Source of the DNA: Phoronis australis
Taxonomy: Eukaryota > Animalia > Phoronida
Length of the DNA stretch: 64,000 nt
NCBI GenBank assembly: GCA_002633005.1
Contig: NMRA01000002.1
Coordinates: forward strand, 2,386,505 to 2,450,504
Reading direction: 5' to 3'
Part shown: one piece after another, positions 1 through 15,200 of the stretch
Layout of the letters: the number at the start of each line of letters is the position of its first letter
Position numbering within the stretch: the stretch's first letter is position 1
The notes under the pieces: model-generated
What the model saw: the letters and a program-made list of their open reading frames with translations, nothing else
Told to the model about the DNA's origin: nothing
Databases searched by the model: none
Position numbers and translations under genes: made by a program

Positions 1-263
1 GATTTAAAAATCAAAGTATAACAGATTTACAAGTATATAACTACAAAGAAACTGTAACAGAGAGCACTGGCAGTCCATTATGCTGAATATATTTGGCAAT
101 GGTTTATTCATGTAGACATGTGCATGTTGTGACCAAATTTGTAAAACGTGACATTTTTATACATGTAGCATGGCACAAGGACATCTAAAAATCGCTAATG
201 TAACAATCAATATTTGAGGGCTCATTGAGAATTCAGTGCATTATTTTGTCAATAACCCGTTAG

Positions 264-3200
264 ATGGCGACGCCGACTCGGGCCGGGACACAGTTTACAG
301 CAGCCAAGACTTCCAAGCAGAGTTCACTGACGGAGCTGAGAATGAAATGCCACCCCCGAGAGAAGTCCATCGTCAGTTTGAAGAATACCTGGTGAGCATG
401 CTATGTTTAATTATAATAACTGGTATACGTACATGTATATGTGTCTAATTTCTGGCTATTTCTAAACAAACTCTGTCGGCAAGAAAAACGTTTATTAGAA
501 ACTAGCAGTAGCGCGGAATTGAGAAGACTAGAAAATTAGCAGCAGTCGAACGCTCTGCAGTAAATTGTAGAGTACCTACATGTAAGCCTATTTTAAATGG
601 CAAAGACACCGGCCTGGATTCCAACGATTGCCTAGGTGGAGTTCCAACAGCAGATCGCAAAATATTGACTTGCACCATTAGCAAAAAATCTTCAGTCATG
701 GAACGGAAACCCTGAATTTATTCAACGCCATTATTCAAATTCAACACTCAAACCTCGCCAAAAATCAGTACAGTGGCCACTACCGTGTGATAACAGACTA
801 CTGGAAATTTCTGAATATAGAGCTATGGGCGGCTATTCGGAAAACGAGCATTCAAACGTAAATGAAACCGAATAAACGACCGGGCACATTTTCGGAAATT
901 AGAAATTTTGTCAAATATTTCATGATGCATTTTTTGTCAAACAAACATAGTTATGAATTTTTATTCAAATGAACTCATCCTTGTTCATGGATGTACACTG
1001 AAATTGTATTTCACTAATAAAAACTTTCTTCGTTCATACTTACTGAGCACTCAACAAACACACTGCGTTAAAAATACCCTTCATCATGTGCTCACAGATT
1101 TTCAAAACATGCAAGCAGTTACCGAAAATATGCTCAGGAGAACACTTTTATGTGGATATATTTTCGAGAATTCCCGGTAGTAAGTTCCTGAAAATAGTTG
1201 CGAAAAAACTCGCTTTTCACTGATGTGGTTTTGTGAATTTTTCCGAGAGCTTTCCTTGCGAGAAACTAGGTTTACCGAACGCTGTAATGACAGACAAAGG
1301 GGAGAATTCACAGTTTGTAATAAATCATAAAGCACAACGGATTTGTTGTTCTAGAACAATGGCCAAAGGTTATAGTCCCAAGAAGTCTAACCATCCACAA
1401 AAATTAATATAATCCAAAATTCCAGGTTTTCAGTTCTGTCCATAAAAACGGCAAGGAATCTTAAGCTGCTGTATACATGTACAGTACCATATCTGGCGTT
1501 AAAATACTGGCATTGCTTATTTCCTCATCCAAAACGAATTTATGTAGGTTTATTATCCTTTGGATTGGAGTTGGAACTGTTTTCAGTATATCTCACGGAA
1601 TTCCCCTGACCGCCGAACTGCCTGAAACTAACCCGTCGTGATACTAAGAAACCGGATGAAGCAATAACGGGTGTCGGTGTCTCTCAAGCCGAAATATCAT
1701 TTCAAATGTGAGTAAGAATCAAGATGAGGCCAATTTTTAACAGTTGGTGATCTAGGTTTTTGGCAGATGAAGACACGGTTTGTTTCCCCTTTAAGTCGAA
1801 AAACAAAAACGACAATTTACTGGATGTGCTGTTTGAATGACCAGAGATCTTCTATGTGCAAATTATTATCTTAGGCATCGTGTTTCACACAATGGCAGCT
1901 GTCGCGTTTTGATTTAATTATGCGTCTCAGGAGATAAGATTTGTCAGAACTTTTTGTTTTTTATGGTTATAGTAAGGTTGGAATGAGATTGATAGATGTT
2001 TGGTTTGGCTTTATAAACGGCTTCGTTTTCATTTTATAATACCCTGAAGGTCAAGAATATTTGAAAACTGTCTCATGACAATCGACTCACGTTACTGTAG
2101 GCGTACTAACGTCATGAAGATGTACATGTATGAGAAAGGCGTAATCAAGTAGCCTCTACCTGTAGTGCACGAGCTGTTATCAAGAGTTCCAGCCCATGCA
2201 AGAACGTTAACTCAGTTGAGACACAAGGCCAACACGTACATGTACATGTAGTAGGGATGGTTAAAGCGGCACCAAACAGGAGCACGCTGCGAAAACACAA
2301 AGTTTTGATATAGGCCCATGCACCACTTACCATACAACTATGAAATTTGTCTTTTTGTTCATTACTAAGTTTAAAAGTGATCTATGGTCCCGGAAAGAAC
2401 TGACATTCACACCAAGCTTATAAAACCACGAGGGAAACTGTGTTAAAATCTGAGCTGAGCTCCGTTAACGTAAGAATCTCGAAAGTAGAGCTAGTGCGAT
2501 CACATGCTTTGCTTGTAATTATACATGGTGATATCTTGTGAAAACTTCGCGATTCTATTGCGTCTACGAAACAGGTATCGGCACTCTGGGATGCCCAGGC
2601 ATTAGTTTTCGTCTGTCGGTAAAAAGGTCGTTTACCAACAAGCTGTCAAATTCCTACAGTAAATGAACTACGTAGTTATTTTCTGCCGTTTGCTTATGTT
2701 GCATTTCACTACATCGGCGCTTAGACGGCATAAACAAAAATCAAATAACTCCTTCCTCTCTGGATAACAAAACCTATAGTAAGGATTCTACATCGGTGAC
2801 CATCGAAACTATCTGCGACTGACAGAGTCTTAAAGAAAGCTCTTCGGATGATTTTGGTTGACCAACCCTAGAATTGCGGAGGCGAAAACGGCACGTGTGG
2901 ACTTCGCATTGCGTTTGACTTGTGTTGCCGACTTACCGGTACTCGAAAATAAATCAAGATTGGGAATGAGGACGTTGACAAGGATCAAAGTGCTTCGGTA
3001 AAGAGTTTAACATCGACATGACCAAATGCAATTTTAAGTAAACAAATAATACATTTACACATTTTGAATATACTTAAACAATTTTTTCAGTTCTCATGAA
3101 TTAGGGATGTTATTTTCCGTGTCTGGGATTCTAATTCCGTTACAAACTCAAGTCACAGGCAATGGGTGACGCACCTTAGGTGGCTGGCAGCGATAGCCCC

Positions 3201-6200
3201 CACTTATTTCAGTGCTGCGCCGCCCATGGTCAAATAGGTAGCGCACCATAGGTGTCTGGGGACTAAACCCCCACTTATTTCAGTGCTGCGCCGCCCATGG
3301 TCAAATAGGTAGCGCACCATATGGGTCTGGGGGTTATACCAACCACTTATTTCAGTACTACGCCGCCCATGTACGTACATTGTACGTGTGTTAGGGTTGG
3401 TTAGTCTGAATAAACAATAAGGCGTCTATGAAGTCACTGACGCTCCCTGCTGCCTACGGAATCAGACTCTGACCACAGAAGGGTGTGTTATCAGACCGAT
3501 TCTTTGAGAAAGGCGCAATTCAACCTTCGTTTTTAGCCAGCTTAAGAGATCGAAATGCAGCAGATGACGCGCTACTTGTGACCTTGCTCATTGGAATAGG
3601 TTTCTTTTTGATTTTGTCCACCGGTCTTGGTGTCGGTATGAGCCAGGTGACTGTTGACAAGCTCTCACATTGCATACGACAACAACTATTCACGAAATCT
3701 CTCATTCAGGTTTTATTTTCATTTCGCATGGCAACATCGTGTTTGATGCTTTAACACATCACACTAAACAAACCATAACCGTGGCGGTGCCCAGGGGAAC
3801 GAGCATCTGCCACACCTCTATAATCCCTTGGCGCTGTTAACCATAACATACCTGAAGTTCAAGTTTTTGCCAGCCTCATCCCAAAGTCTCAAGATGGCGC
3901 CGATTACCTATTTGAAGCTTGGTGAGGAGGTTTTGCGAGCTGATTGACCACAGGCTTTCATCGTTGACAAGCGCAACACAAGAAATCCTCAGACACCTAA
4001 GTTTCTGAATACTTGACAGTTCTTGAAACTGAATTCTTGTCCCGAATTTTTGACGTACTATATTTCCGGGAAAGTGAATCAGGTTCTAAGTCAGATTTTA
4101 ACTATTTTCACTGTCGTTGTTGTTGCTACCATTCGTGATTCGGAAGACAATGTCTTGCTTATTGTTTGGAATAAATGATGTCCGTGTTCTTTTTGTCACT
4201 TGTGTTTTATTGAATGCGCCATAAATTACTCTGATTTTGAATTTAAATCTAATCCTAAGCTGCAGCATAAATACGCCCGCTCCATTTTGATTTTTTGTAC
4301 TGTACTACAGCAAATGTCAGAGTGGATGTTACTTTATATCACTCGTACAAGTCCTGCAATTTCAGTAAAAAGCAAGTCTGAAATCTGCACAGTAAATTTC
4401 TCCGCAGCAAGGCTCAAATGGCTTAACCGATCAGCGCCATATTGACGGAGGCTCGGGGACGTGGCCGACTCTATGCCTCAGCGTGTAAACAGCGCAACTG
4501 GCGACATCAAATATGTATGACCACATCTGCAATACTACATCAATTTCACGTCATACTTGTAATCAAGAATAGCTTGTTTCGGTTGACTACATGTGTTATT
4601 TAACTCCGGAGGTCGTTTTGTGTAGTGCGGGAAGTGATTTCACGCATTGTTTTGTCTTTACTGTCATATAATTTTCCCCAGGACGTTCTGTCGTTGATGT
4701 CGAGGCAAAAGTTGGAAGAGAGGACTTGGTCGGTCGAAGAAAAATGGAAATGTATATTTAACCAGGTCAGTCAAAATGGTGAAGAGTTGCCTGAGAAAGT
4801 AAATAAGAGTCAGACTCTTTATTGTAGTCTGAGTATTGAGGAAGAACACTCTGTTTTTTCTGGTCCTTGTTGAACGGAGGACTGACGCCAGCTATCAGAA
4901 ATCTTGTACTCAAAGCGTGACAGAAAAAATCAATTGCTCGGTCAACAGGAAAATTTTATTGCATGGTCAGGATATTAAATAAACTGCAACTACATCCAGA
5001 CCGGTAGCATCGCTACATGTACAGAATGTTCACAGTGTTTTGTGGGTAAAAGCACCTCGATCATTTTGGAGTAGTTTCTGGAGCAAATTGTGCACTCTTC
5101 CAAATTATTTTATAACCTGTTATAAAAATTGTCATTTGCTCATTTGTAACAAATGGCATCTGCCGCAACAAAATTTACTGGCGTAGCCTTGCCTTTGTTT
5201 TAATGCATATGCAGTTTATCTAGTGGTAATATCAGTTATTTTTTGTTTCTTTTAAACATATCCAATAATAGGTCTACAGCCCCAATTCAAAATGACTAAA
5301 AAGTTGAGAAAACGTAACAAGTTGAAATGGAGACTTTTACATCCTCTCAAGATATACGCATGGCTTACTGCTGTTTCCAAACCCCACTTCTAATGTTCCT
5401 AAACACAGTTAGCTGCATCCTTTCAACTTTGTATAAAAATCTGTGAATTTAGTAATAGAAATAATTCCATAGTTTTCGACCTTAGTAATATCTTTCGGGA
5501 TTTGATAATTTCACTTTCAGGTAAATATATGGTTACATGTGCTTTTAATGTGAATACAATACTGTACCTTGCTCACAAATTCCCAAGAATGTACTAGATT
5601 GATATTGGTAATTTTGTCAAAACAACAAGCCCAACGTGTACATTTGGTCAACTGAGTTGTTTTTTGTTGTCCATCATACCCAAAACACATAAGAAATTCT
5701 AACGTGTCAGTGCACATCATACAGTACATTCCCACAAATAAAGTCAGGTCTTTACTGGATTATCTAATTTTATTAGGGCTCACGTTTCCACAGTAACCTT
5801 CGTAACACTTGTTGCTCTAAACGATTATTCAATTAAATTATGGAATGGGTTTTGTGAGTCGATAGCTTACTAAATTTCACAGCACAGATCATGGCTGATT
5901 GGCAGAAAAAAAACAATGAAAAACAACGACTGGGCTTATATCTGAGGAAATGGTGTGGCCTTAAGTCAAATACAAGCTTTCTCCCGGATCGCTGCATTTT
6001 TGTGATCTCAGAAAATGCATTATTTTGACACTGCCTTATACGGATAATTTTGCGGTTGTTTTAGCTCTTTGTTCCGCTTTACTATATTTTTATTCTTTCC
6101 TAATTCTTGTATTTTCATTGTGAAAGCGCAAACATTTTTCAGCCTCGTTATGACATAAGTCACGCTGTCAAATGAGTACACAAATCACACGAATTAACAA

Positions 6201-9200
6201 TTCCTCAGCATTGTAACATGTGATTATTTCAGAGGTACAATAGTCATGCCATTCATAACTACTAATGAACGCAGTGGGAACAGAAAACACACGTTTATCA
6301 ACAAACACCAAATGCGAATTGCACCGAAAATGTGAATCGAATATGGCTTGACTTGAAGCTTCGAATTTGAAATATCAACAGCTGTATCTATTGCTGCAAA
6401 GTTGAATTATAACAAGGTCTTGGACGTTTGTAACGTAATTCGTGCGTAATGTGATTTAAGAGTTTAAATAACGACCAATATAAGCATATTATCACACCAA
6501 TCACTAGTAGCTTCCAGGCTGGTAGCAGACAACCAGGAAGTTGATATCTGTGCGTGACCTTGATTTTCATTGGCCAATTTAAATCATGTGAGAAAAAAGT
6601 AACCAATGAGAACAGTGCTTAGTAAATGTCCTAGAAGGACCTGCTTGGCTCCTTCATTATCGTTAGCCAACTGGAAAGGGAATGACTTCAACTTAAAACG
6701 ATAGTAACTTCGTTAATTCCAAAATTTGAGCTTGGCAGCCCCCTCCCCCCAACTGTGGTGAGTGATAGTTTTCGCTGTTTGTGATATGTGTTATGTCTAA
6801 CATGATTTTGCTACCAGAAAACTTTATTTAGAAGAAAGTTTTCACTTTCCACCTGTTACATACATGTTCATTGCAGTACATTCATTAGGTAAAATGGAAA
6901 CTCGGAATTTTTGCATGTTATGTTGTTGTTTTGAATTTTGATAGAGTACGTTTAAAGTTAGACTGTATGACGCAAAGACACCATACTTCGCTTGACTTCC
7001 AGAAGCAGAAAAAATCTTTGCAAAGCTATTCCTAGTTTCCCATCTGGGTTTACATTACAGTAGTACGATATTACTTTGAAAAATTTCATACAGGCATTTG
7101 AAATTCATCAAACTTAATTTTCTCTTTTGTAGCAAATCCGACCATCAATATACCCGATGGAATTTTACACGGAGCGTTTACGACCGCTATGCAACACGAA
7201 ACAACGAGACAAGAAGCTCAAAGAAGATGGAAGTTATATCGCCACCCTGCTTCGAAAACTAAAGTTGGATCTCAAGATGTCGTTTGATAGGTAAACGGAA
7301 ACAATTCTTTGTATCAACTGAACACTCCATCACAAAGGTGCTCTGTGCAATGGGCCCAACTATATGAGGCCTGAGCACTTCTGATGCATCGCAAATGATT
7401 TCAGACTACCTGCACCGTTTTTAAGGCTCTTAAATGATTACCGTTTGTTCTGAGGAAAATCTGGGATAACTTCCTGGGGCGTGAGAATTAACATAGCGAA
7501 AAACCACAATCACGCAAGACTACAGAAAATCGCGAGAGTGGACGTCAATTGTTTCAAGCGCTCGATACTTTACCAGACTAACTTCCAAATGGCTGCCAGT
7601 CATTCGTGCAAGGAAATTCCATGACGCACAATAAATCGCAAACCCCAATATTAATAAAATCTTTCTTGATTGTGAGCGTTGTTGGTGGTAAATAAAACCA
7701 GAATCACTTAGCCATGGAAGACATTAACAAATTAAAAATCTGTAGGTAGCTGTCTTTTAATAATAAAATACACGAACAATCAGTAGTTTTCTTAAATCGA
7801 TATGTAACGAGTTCGGCGTGACTTCCAGTCGCTACAAGTCAGTCGACTACATTACCAGCCCAAACCATCACAACCTGCCTATGCTCGACACGAGCTAACA
7901 CCACTGTGCCAGAAAATTTTCTACAGGCTCCACAAATGTACCACTTGTCTAAAATCCAAGATGATTCCTCAGTCACCACAATGCAACGCATCAGCTAGGT
8001 TGCCGCCATTTTGAAGAATTCTGCAACCAAACTAGTGGGATTTTTAGATTCACAAGATGCTCACACCAACCAAACTTCATTTGACCTACACTATACCTCA
8101 AAACTGTCGTCAAACCTGGCCTACCTAAGAATTTATTTTGTGCGGAGTAAAAATTACCAGCGTCTATAGTCTATCCTCTAATTAGTCGGTGATGTTGAAT
8201 TATGGGAATAATTAGAATTCACTGTTTCCGTGAACATGTCCAGTCTTGGTTTAAGGTCTCTCTCAGAGGCCGGCTGCGTGCGACAACTAAGAGGACACTT
8301 TTCCTTAACAATGTACTGCTCCATAAAGGAGTGGGCGAGCAGGAGGTACAAGGACCCGAGCCTCCGTGTGAGTCCACTGTTGACAGATGGTAATACGGTG
8401 GCGTCGACGACTGTTAGATTAACAAGGAAAATTTCTGGGTTTTGATGGAGTTCTTTCATTTTAGACATTAAGCCCACGAGGGTTATGCTACTGCCTCTTT
8501 GTCCGGACGATGTTCTAGATTAGTATGATCAAGTCGGATTGTTAAACCTAACTCATGTTCAATATATGACAGTAATTTGGATCGTGGATCGATGATAATT
8601 CATGCATATAACAACACGAAAGCTTTCTCTGTAGAAACTGGTTATTTATTTGTCCAATGGCACAAGTAAGATTACACCCGCAAAGGGACTTGAACTTTGG
8701 TCTGGACTTCACAGCTACATCAAAAACACTGAATACTTACTCGACTGTAAACAAAATTAACACGTGTTCAGTTTAAATTTTAATGCCTCGAGGCTGCTCA
8801 ATGTCATCAGCGATTCAACCATTGTGCTAATATTTTGATTTCTTTAGAACCGTCATCGAGTGATAAATAATTGACGTGACTACATAAACTCGTGCCATTT
8901 GACTACAGACGTTTGCTCGCCGCATTGTTTCTGCCTGCAAGGGTCATTATTCTTTGCATTCCTTGAAGAGGGTACTTGTCTTGTCAAGCCAGAGCGCATT
9001 CGAAATAACTAGGGTATTTTCGTAGACTCAAATATCTTCTCGCATATCTTTGCATATATGCAGACTTCAGTCATGCGACACGGTGGCACTCAACTGTTTT
9101 TGCTGGTTTTTGGTTGAATGATCAGGTCGTGTCAGTTCCGACACTCAGTCTTGTCCTCAATATGTACAAAACCTGTAAACATGAAGAGCATGACCGGGCC

Positions 9201-12200
9201 AAAGACTTCAAAAACATTGACAAAGTCTATCGAATCTTTGATTCCAAAGTCAAATTTCCATCCTCTATGACTACTGGCTACATGAAAAACGAGCAAAACA
9301 CAACAAATCAGTTGCTTTCATTCTTAAGCCACCGTTTGCATGCGATTAGGCCCTACTAAGTACTGAGAGGCACTGCGTTCAGATTGCCAAAACACTCCAC
9401 AATACAAAAATCAAATGAAAAGTGGGTGTCGGCCAACCAAATTTTTACGAGTCTAACATGAAAGTGTCAGCTGTTAACTTTCAACTTCCGGCTTGCAAGC
9501 AGTAAAGGTTTAACAGCATGGGCCAATCCAGGATTTTCAAAAGGGGATAGGATAAAGGATTTTTTAAAATGGGTGTAAAAGTCAACAATTTAAAAATTAC
9601 AGATTTAATATCACTAAAATCAAGAAAAAATGTGTGCCTGGACCCTTTGATTGCCCCTGGATCCGCCTATGAGGAATAGCCACGGCTGAGCAAAGAGTCG
9701 GGGTCAGGGAGTCAATTTTTAATTCAACCTTGGAAAGAACTATTGGGTGGCACTCATGTTTTCGATCGGGAAATGATAATAATTGGCTCTCGAATAAAGT
9801 TCGTGCATGCGCTGACAGTGCTCGTCTCTAAGGGGAAATTTGAGGCTACATGTACATTGCTCTAATGGCTAAGACCTTTATAAGTATTTGCGCATGAGCA
9901 TCCGTCACTTTGATTTCTGGCAAAAGTACGCCTGGAGCGCAAACATGTACAATATTTCGTTAACTGTAGAGTCAGACTGTCTCTTTGAGTTTCCTCAGAA
10001 AGCAATTGTAGACCAAGGGATTTCCGCCGCATCATTAAACCCATAAAAATGTTCAGGATTTGCACGCTCATCGTCCACCTGACACTCATTGATAAAACAT
10101 ACATGTATAACCACTACTGCAACTTTATGTTCGACAACTGTCCTGAAATATGCGTGCGTCACATACTCTGCAAACATGAAAATTTGTAAAGAACTCACTA
10201 AACGTTGTCAGATCTACCTTAAGTTTCAGAAACACGCCCAAAGTTGTTGAAGGTAAAAATATTTTGAATCTTGGAATTTTTTTGGTACACCCAATACACA
10301 AGGTGTCAGTACACATCGCGGAGTGCACATACATAATTGAATAAATTTCGTACTCGGTACACACTAACTCGTTCGTGAACAAGCGTATGTTCATGCAATG
10401 CACTAACATTTCTTTGGTGCAAACTTTACTCTGAGAAAAGAAGCTTCAGTATTTCGTATTCAAACGAGACCTATGTCACCGTTTCCTAACGGAGAACACC
10501 TTCTTCTGTTTTTTGTACCTAACACCTGTGTTAAACTGGGGTACCGTAGTAGCCGGTGTAGGGTAGCAATGGACTTGTCCTCCGGTTTACGTAGTGTGCC
10601 TACATTTTAAATACAATGATTAATGCATTTTGGTGAGGATAATTCAACTGACGTCGCAATATCTTGCCTTCCTCTAGTTTTGTAGAGGACTTCATTAAGC
10701 CTCCAAACGACGGGATGGAACTGCTACTGAACGTTCTCAAATTTATTCAGCGTAGTCCTGCCACAAAGACTCCACAAAAGGGAAAGCATGATGCATACAT
10801 CAAAAGTGTGGTAAGCTGGAGCCGACTGTGAATGGTGAAAGCAGCATTGATTTCATTTGGTACAAGGTGCTCTAAAAGTTCGAAAACAGTACATCCACTT
10901 GTCTTTAGTTTACGTCATTTATTAGTCACATCTTTGCCTTGATTTACTCGCTATAGTTTGATGTCAGCTTAAATTTCAATTCTCCACCGAAACATTAGTC
11001 AACAACTTTTCATGTTTTATTATTTCAGAATGACGAGTACGACTGTTTACTATGCATTAAGTTCTGCCTTCGCATCAAGGTGAGTTGCGATTAGAAAGGT
11101 TGGAATGATTTCAGAATTGGGTTTAATTAAGGGTTTGCATTTCATTAATTACGGTATATTTCAAAAATAAACACCAGCACAGAAGCGCTGATATTAAACC
11201 GTGGATCAGCTTTGTTATTAAGAGAACTTCTTGCAATCAGTTCATAGATTCCCGATTCTCCTGTGCGTGTTCAAACTGGGGCCATACATCCTGTTTGGGA
11301 ATTGCTCAACCGTTTTACTTTATTGTTGAAAAAATAATATCCATAAAAACAATTACTTTGAATATTAAATGCACACTGACGACAATATGAGTGCTTCGTC
11401 ATAAATATGCAAATTAGGTAGATCGCCTGACCACAAATTTATGTCACTGACTGCATTTGGTTGACTTCGCCGGTTCCGCCGGGTTAGTCCATCTGAATAT
11501 TTTTGATCACGACTTCCGGTTCATGTCTTAAGTGCCGTTTACACTTCAAAGGTTGAGACGGATCAGCTGACACGGAACAAATCAGCAAATTCACACCGCG
11601 GTGACAAATTTTGCCACCCGTTTGTGAGCTAGAGCAATTTGCTCCCGAACACTGATCTTGCTCCGTGTCAATTATATGTCTAAACGCGAAACTGAGGCAA
11701 GGCGGAAAGTATCATCTCTACTGCGCTTGCCTAATGACCTACGTACGGGTTTTTTGTTTCTGCAACTCTCGTCATTTGTAAACCTGCGCATGTGCGATCC
11801 AATCTCCCCAGACTGCAATTTCCGTCTTGCCACAGTTAGTGAGTTGTGTGTGTAAATGGCCACTTGACACGGGTCAATTTGCACCTTGTCAGTTGTGCCG
11901 GGCCATTGACCGATTGACCCGGGGAAACCGGTGAAGTCAATCAAGTGCAGCCATTGTCGTACGAACAGTATGGCTGGCCGTCACCGACATTTTCACCATG
12001 TGGTTGCGTAAATATAAAGGACCAAAGAACCAGAAAATAATTGACAGGCAAGTTTCATTTTGTTGGGTTTTGTGGATTTCAGTAAAATCCGACTCCTGGA
12101 AACATTTATAGCTGGGAAGGAGGAAAACCAACCTGCCGCCTGCCTACGGCGGTAGCAGTACTGTATAGGTGTTGGACCTATTATGTCAACTTATTCTGAG

Positions 12201-15200
12201 GACGTAGATGTCTAACAGTTGAGTGTGAATTCGTACATGTAACACATATTTTGGAAAGAAAAAGAAAAACGAACTTTCCCACCACCTGGTCATTGTGAAG
12301 ATTTTGTTTCCATAGGGTTGCCTAGCGACACTTATGGAATCTGCCGAAGGAGCAGAAACGATATCGATGAGTTTGATCAGCAGCTTCACAAAGACAAGGG
12401 TCTTAACATTGGAGGTACGACGCATCTTGTTCTAGGCATTTGCAATTTTCTGTTCGTTTGAAACGGGCGGTTGTGTTGAATACGAATTCCTCTTATTGTT
12501 TTTCGTATTTTAATGACCATACTTTCTGGTTCCTATTTTCTGGTTCCTATGCCTTTGGATTTTATAATTATGAAGTACAACATCGTAACTTATATAACGT
12601 TACTGTAAAGTTTCACTCCCATACATGTACGTTGTAACCGTTTTCTTATTTTGAAATAAAGGTTACCGATTGAAAAAACGGCGACGGCGTTTATCGCTTA
12701 CAGAACTTTTATAGATGTGTTCAAGATAACGCTTCAGCTGGGTAAATCGCACTGTATAATCCCTCGTTGCATTTTACGTAGATTTTGACAGTGTTGTGCG
12801 CCTTGCCGGAGGGATATGTTAAAGTAATGGACGCGATGACACAAATCCGCATCAAATACAGCGAACAAGTGCGCTTCCGCTTCCTGTTAGGCATGCTCAA
12901 CAGTTCGGGGGCTATGAGTGTGGCTTTTCAAGTGAGTCAAATTATCGAATGTGAGAAAAACACGTAGAAAGACGAGTCCTTGCATTTTCACCCGAAGGGC
13001 ACACTTATATATGATTCACCAAAGAACCACCTCGCACATTTAAAATTATATGTACATTCACTTCTAATTTCGTACGTGTACATTTTGTGTCTTTCATTCT
13101 GCTGTAACTAACAACAAGTGGATGCGGTCTAATGATTGCATAAAATTCTTGTAAAATATGGCGACGTCAAAAACTTCAATGTGTTTCCCTCGCAATTTCA
13201 GCAATAACGTGAATGTATTTCAGGCAGCGTGTGTGGGCTTTTTCAACAAGCTTTTGAATTCCACAAATGGAGCAAATGCCAAAGTTTACTTACAACAGGA
13301 ATTGAAGCTGGCTGGATTCGAACCAGAAACTTTGAACCAGGTAAACAAGACCCTTGTGTAGAATTAAAATACTAAGCATGAAAATTCAGTTCTTTGAAAA
13401 TACGTAAATGTCAATTCCCTGTACCGGCAATCAAATCGCTTCATCCTTTATCTTTATCTTCAGAATACGACTTGCATCCCTTCCGCTCTCAAGTACATGT
13501 ACACTGTAAGCTTAATCGATACAATATTCGTTAATTTCCGTATGCGTCATCGTTTACGAACGGACTACTACAGTATGTAAATAAACGATAACGTCGCAAG
13601 TAAACTGACCAATGATGCACCAAGTGAGCGGGCTCTCGAGTGTAAGACTTATAGCAAGTCTGTTACACTTCTTCCACAATTCTCTACAAAACTTAACTTT
13701 ACCTGTACCATTTTCATTTTTCGTTATTAATTACAATGTGATTGCGTGTGTAGTTTACGGAAGGAAACGAGCCACAGCACAGCGACCTACGGTGTGAGCT
13801 CCAAGAATGGTGCAGGCAGTACATTGATGTAGATGACTTACAACAGAGGCTGGTTAAGACGGAAATGAAGCAGAAGACGATGAAGCAAAAGGTGGGATTG
13901 CTTTGAATATTCTGACTCCAAAATGTCTTATTCTCCTTCCTCTTTCTTATTCCTTTTTGTTTTTATTGTTGTTGTTATTATTGAATGGGCGGCGCAACAT
14001 AGGGTCCTGGGAAGCTATAGCTCCCCCCTTTTTCAGTGCTGTCTTTCTTGCTCTTTTTCATCACCATCAACATCATCATCGTCCTCACCATCACCATCAT
14101 CATCATCATCTTCTTCTTCTTTTTCATCTTCAGATTCTCACCCTGCTAAATGCAGGGCTCTCTAGAAGCGGGATCCGATCATTCTAATGCTTAAACTTTC
14201 TGCGGTACTCAACTTCATGAACATTGGGGTTCAAGGTTTGCCGTGTCTGACGTTTTCTCACATCTTGTTTAGACTCCACGCTGCACTGATTTTCAGTTCC
14301 ATTTGTTACCCGTTATGTGGATCTCTTTGCTCTATAGTAAGAGAGCTAAAAGTTTGAAGCACCAGCAACTTAGAGCAACACCTTAGTTACGACACTGACC
14401 TGATGCCAGGAATTAATACAACATGCAATTAAATTCATGTACATGTATGGCCAACTTCTGGACGATTCCAAATCAGAGACCTGACCAATGTCGGTTTTTC
14501 TTTATAATATGATTAAAACAAGAGCAATCATTAAACTAGTGATTTCAATATACTTGTATTATTTTGCAGGTTGACACACTGATAGAGGAAGTAAAGGTAT
14601 ATAGTTACATATTTCATCTCAAATGGCGCTTTCAAGCATTCGTTTCGTCTGTCTTTGTATAGAAACAACCTAAATGTAAATCAGATGAAAAATAAAACTA
14701 AATTATTCAAAAATTAGTTTGAAAATATTGCTTAATTTTTTTTGGATTTTTTTTGAAAATTCCTGTGCGCATGAGCCATATGTTTTCATTACTATAGTTG
14801 AATGATATGCAACCGAAGCGTAACATACTTAGTTGATCACTTGGGCAGTTTTCTTGCATCTAATTTCGCAGGCAATGACGAAGCTCAAGGACGACAAAAT
14901 TAAGTCGCAACACGAGGAAAACAAGTCGTTGAAAGACAAGTTGGAGGTGCTAGAGAAGACTCAAGATTCCAGGGAACAAACGATAGAATCTTTAGAAACA
15001 CAGCTGGTGAGAAAATATTGAAAAGGGTATCTTAACGTAAAACAAAGTGATATTGATACCTCAGAAGACTTTAACCAACCAACAACGAGAGGCCAAATTG
15101 TTACACTTGATATGAGACTATTTCAAGAAAATAGTAGCTACTGTAATTGTGAAAACCTCAAAGTATTTTATAATTTCCACAATGTGATAAAATTACGGAA

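Noticed and set aside
264-391. ATGGCG at 264 as the formin start codon
   Set aside because: It is out of frame with the GBD-coding frame and sits directly after the acceptor AG.
3161-3371. CRISPR-like repeat/spacer appearance
   Set aside because: It lies in a eukaryotic intron with no cas genes, the 'spacers' resemble each other, and the unit matches a dispersed MITE.
3420-4030. 89-aa ORF with a hydrophobic stretch
   Set aside because: GTG start, no family motif and no splice-compatible link to the formin frame.
7800-9430. Overlapping short ORFs suggesting a nested gene
   Set aside because: No recognisable motif or consistent splice structure; probably decayed repeat DNA of unassignable family.
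13903-14187. Poly-His and poly-Ser ORFs
   Set aside because: They are translations of a trinucleotide microsatellite plus a MITE fragment in an intron.
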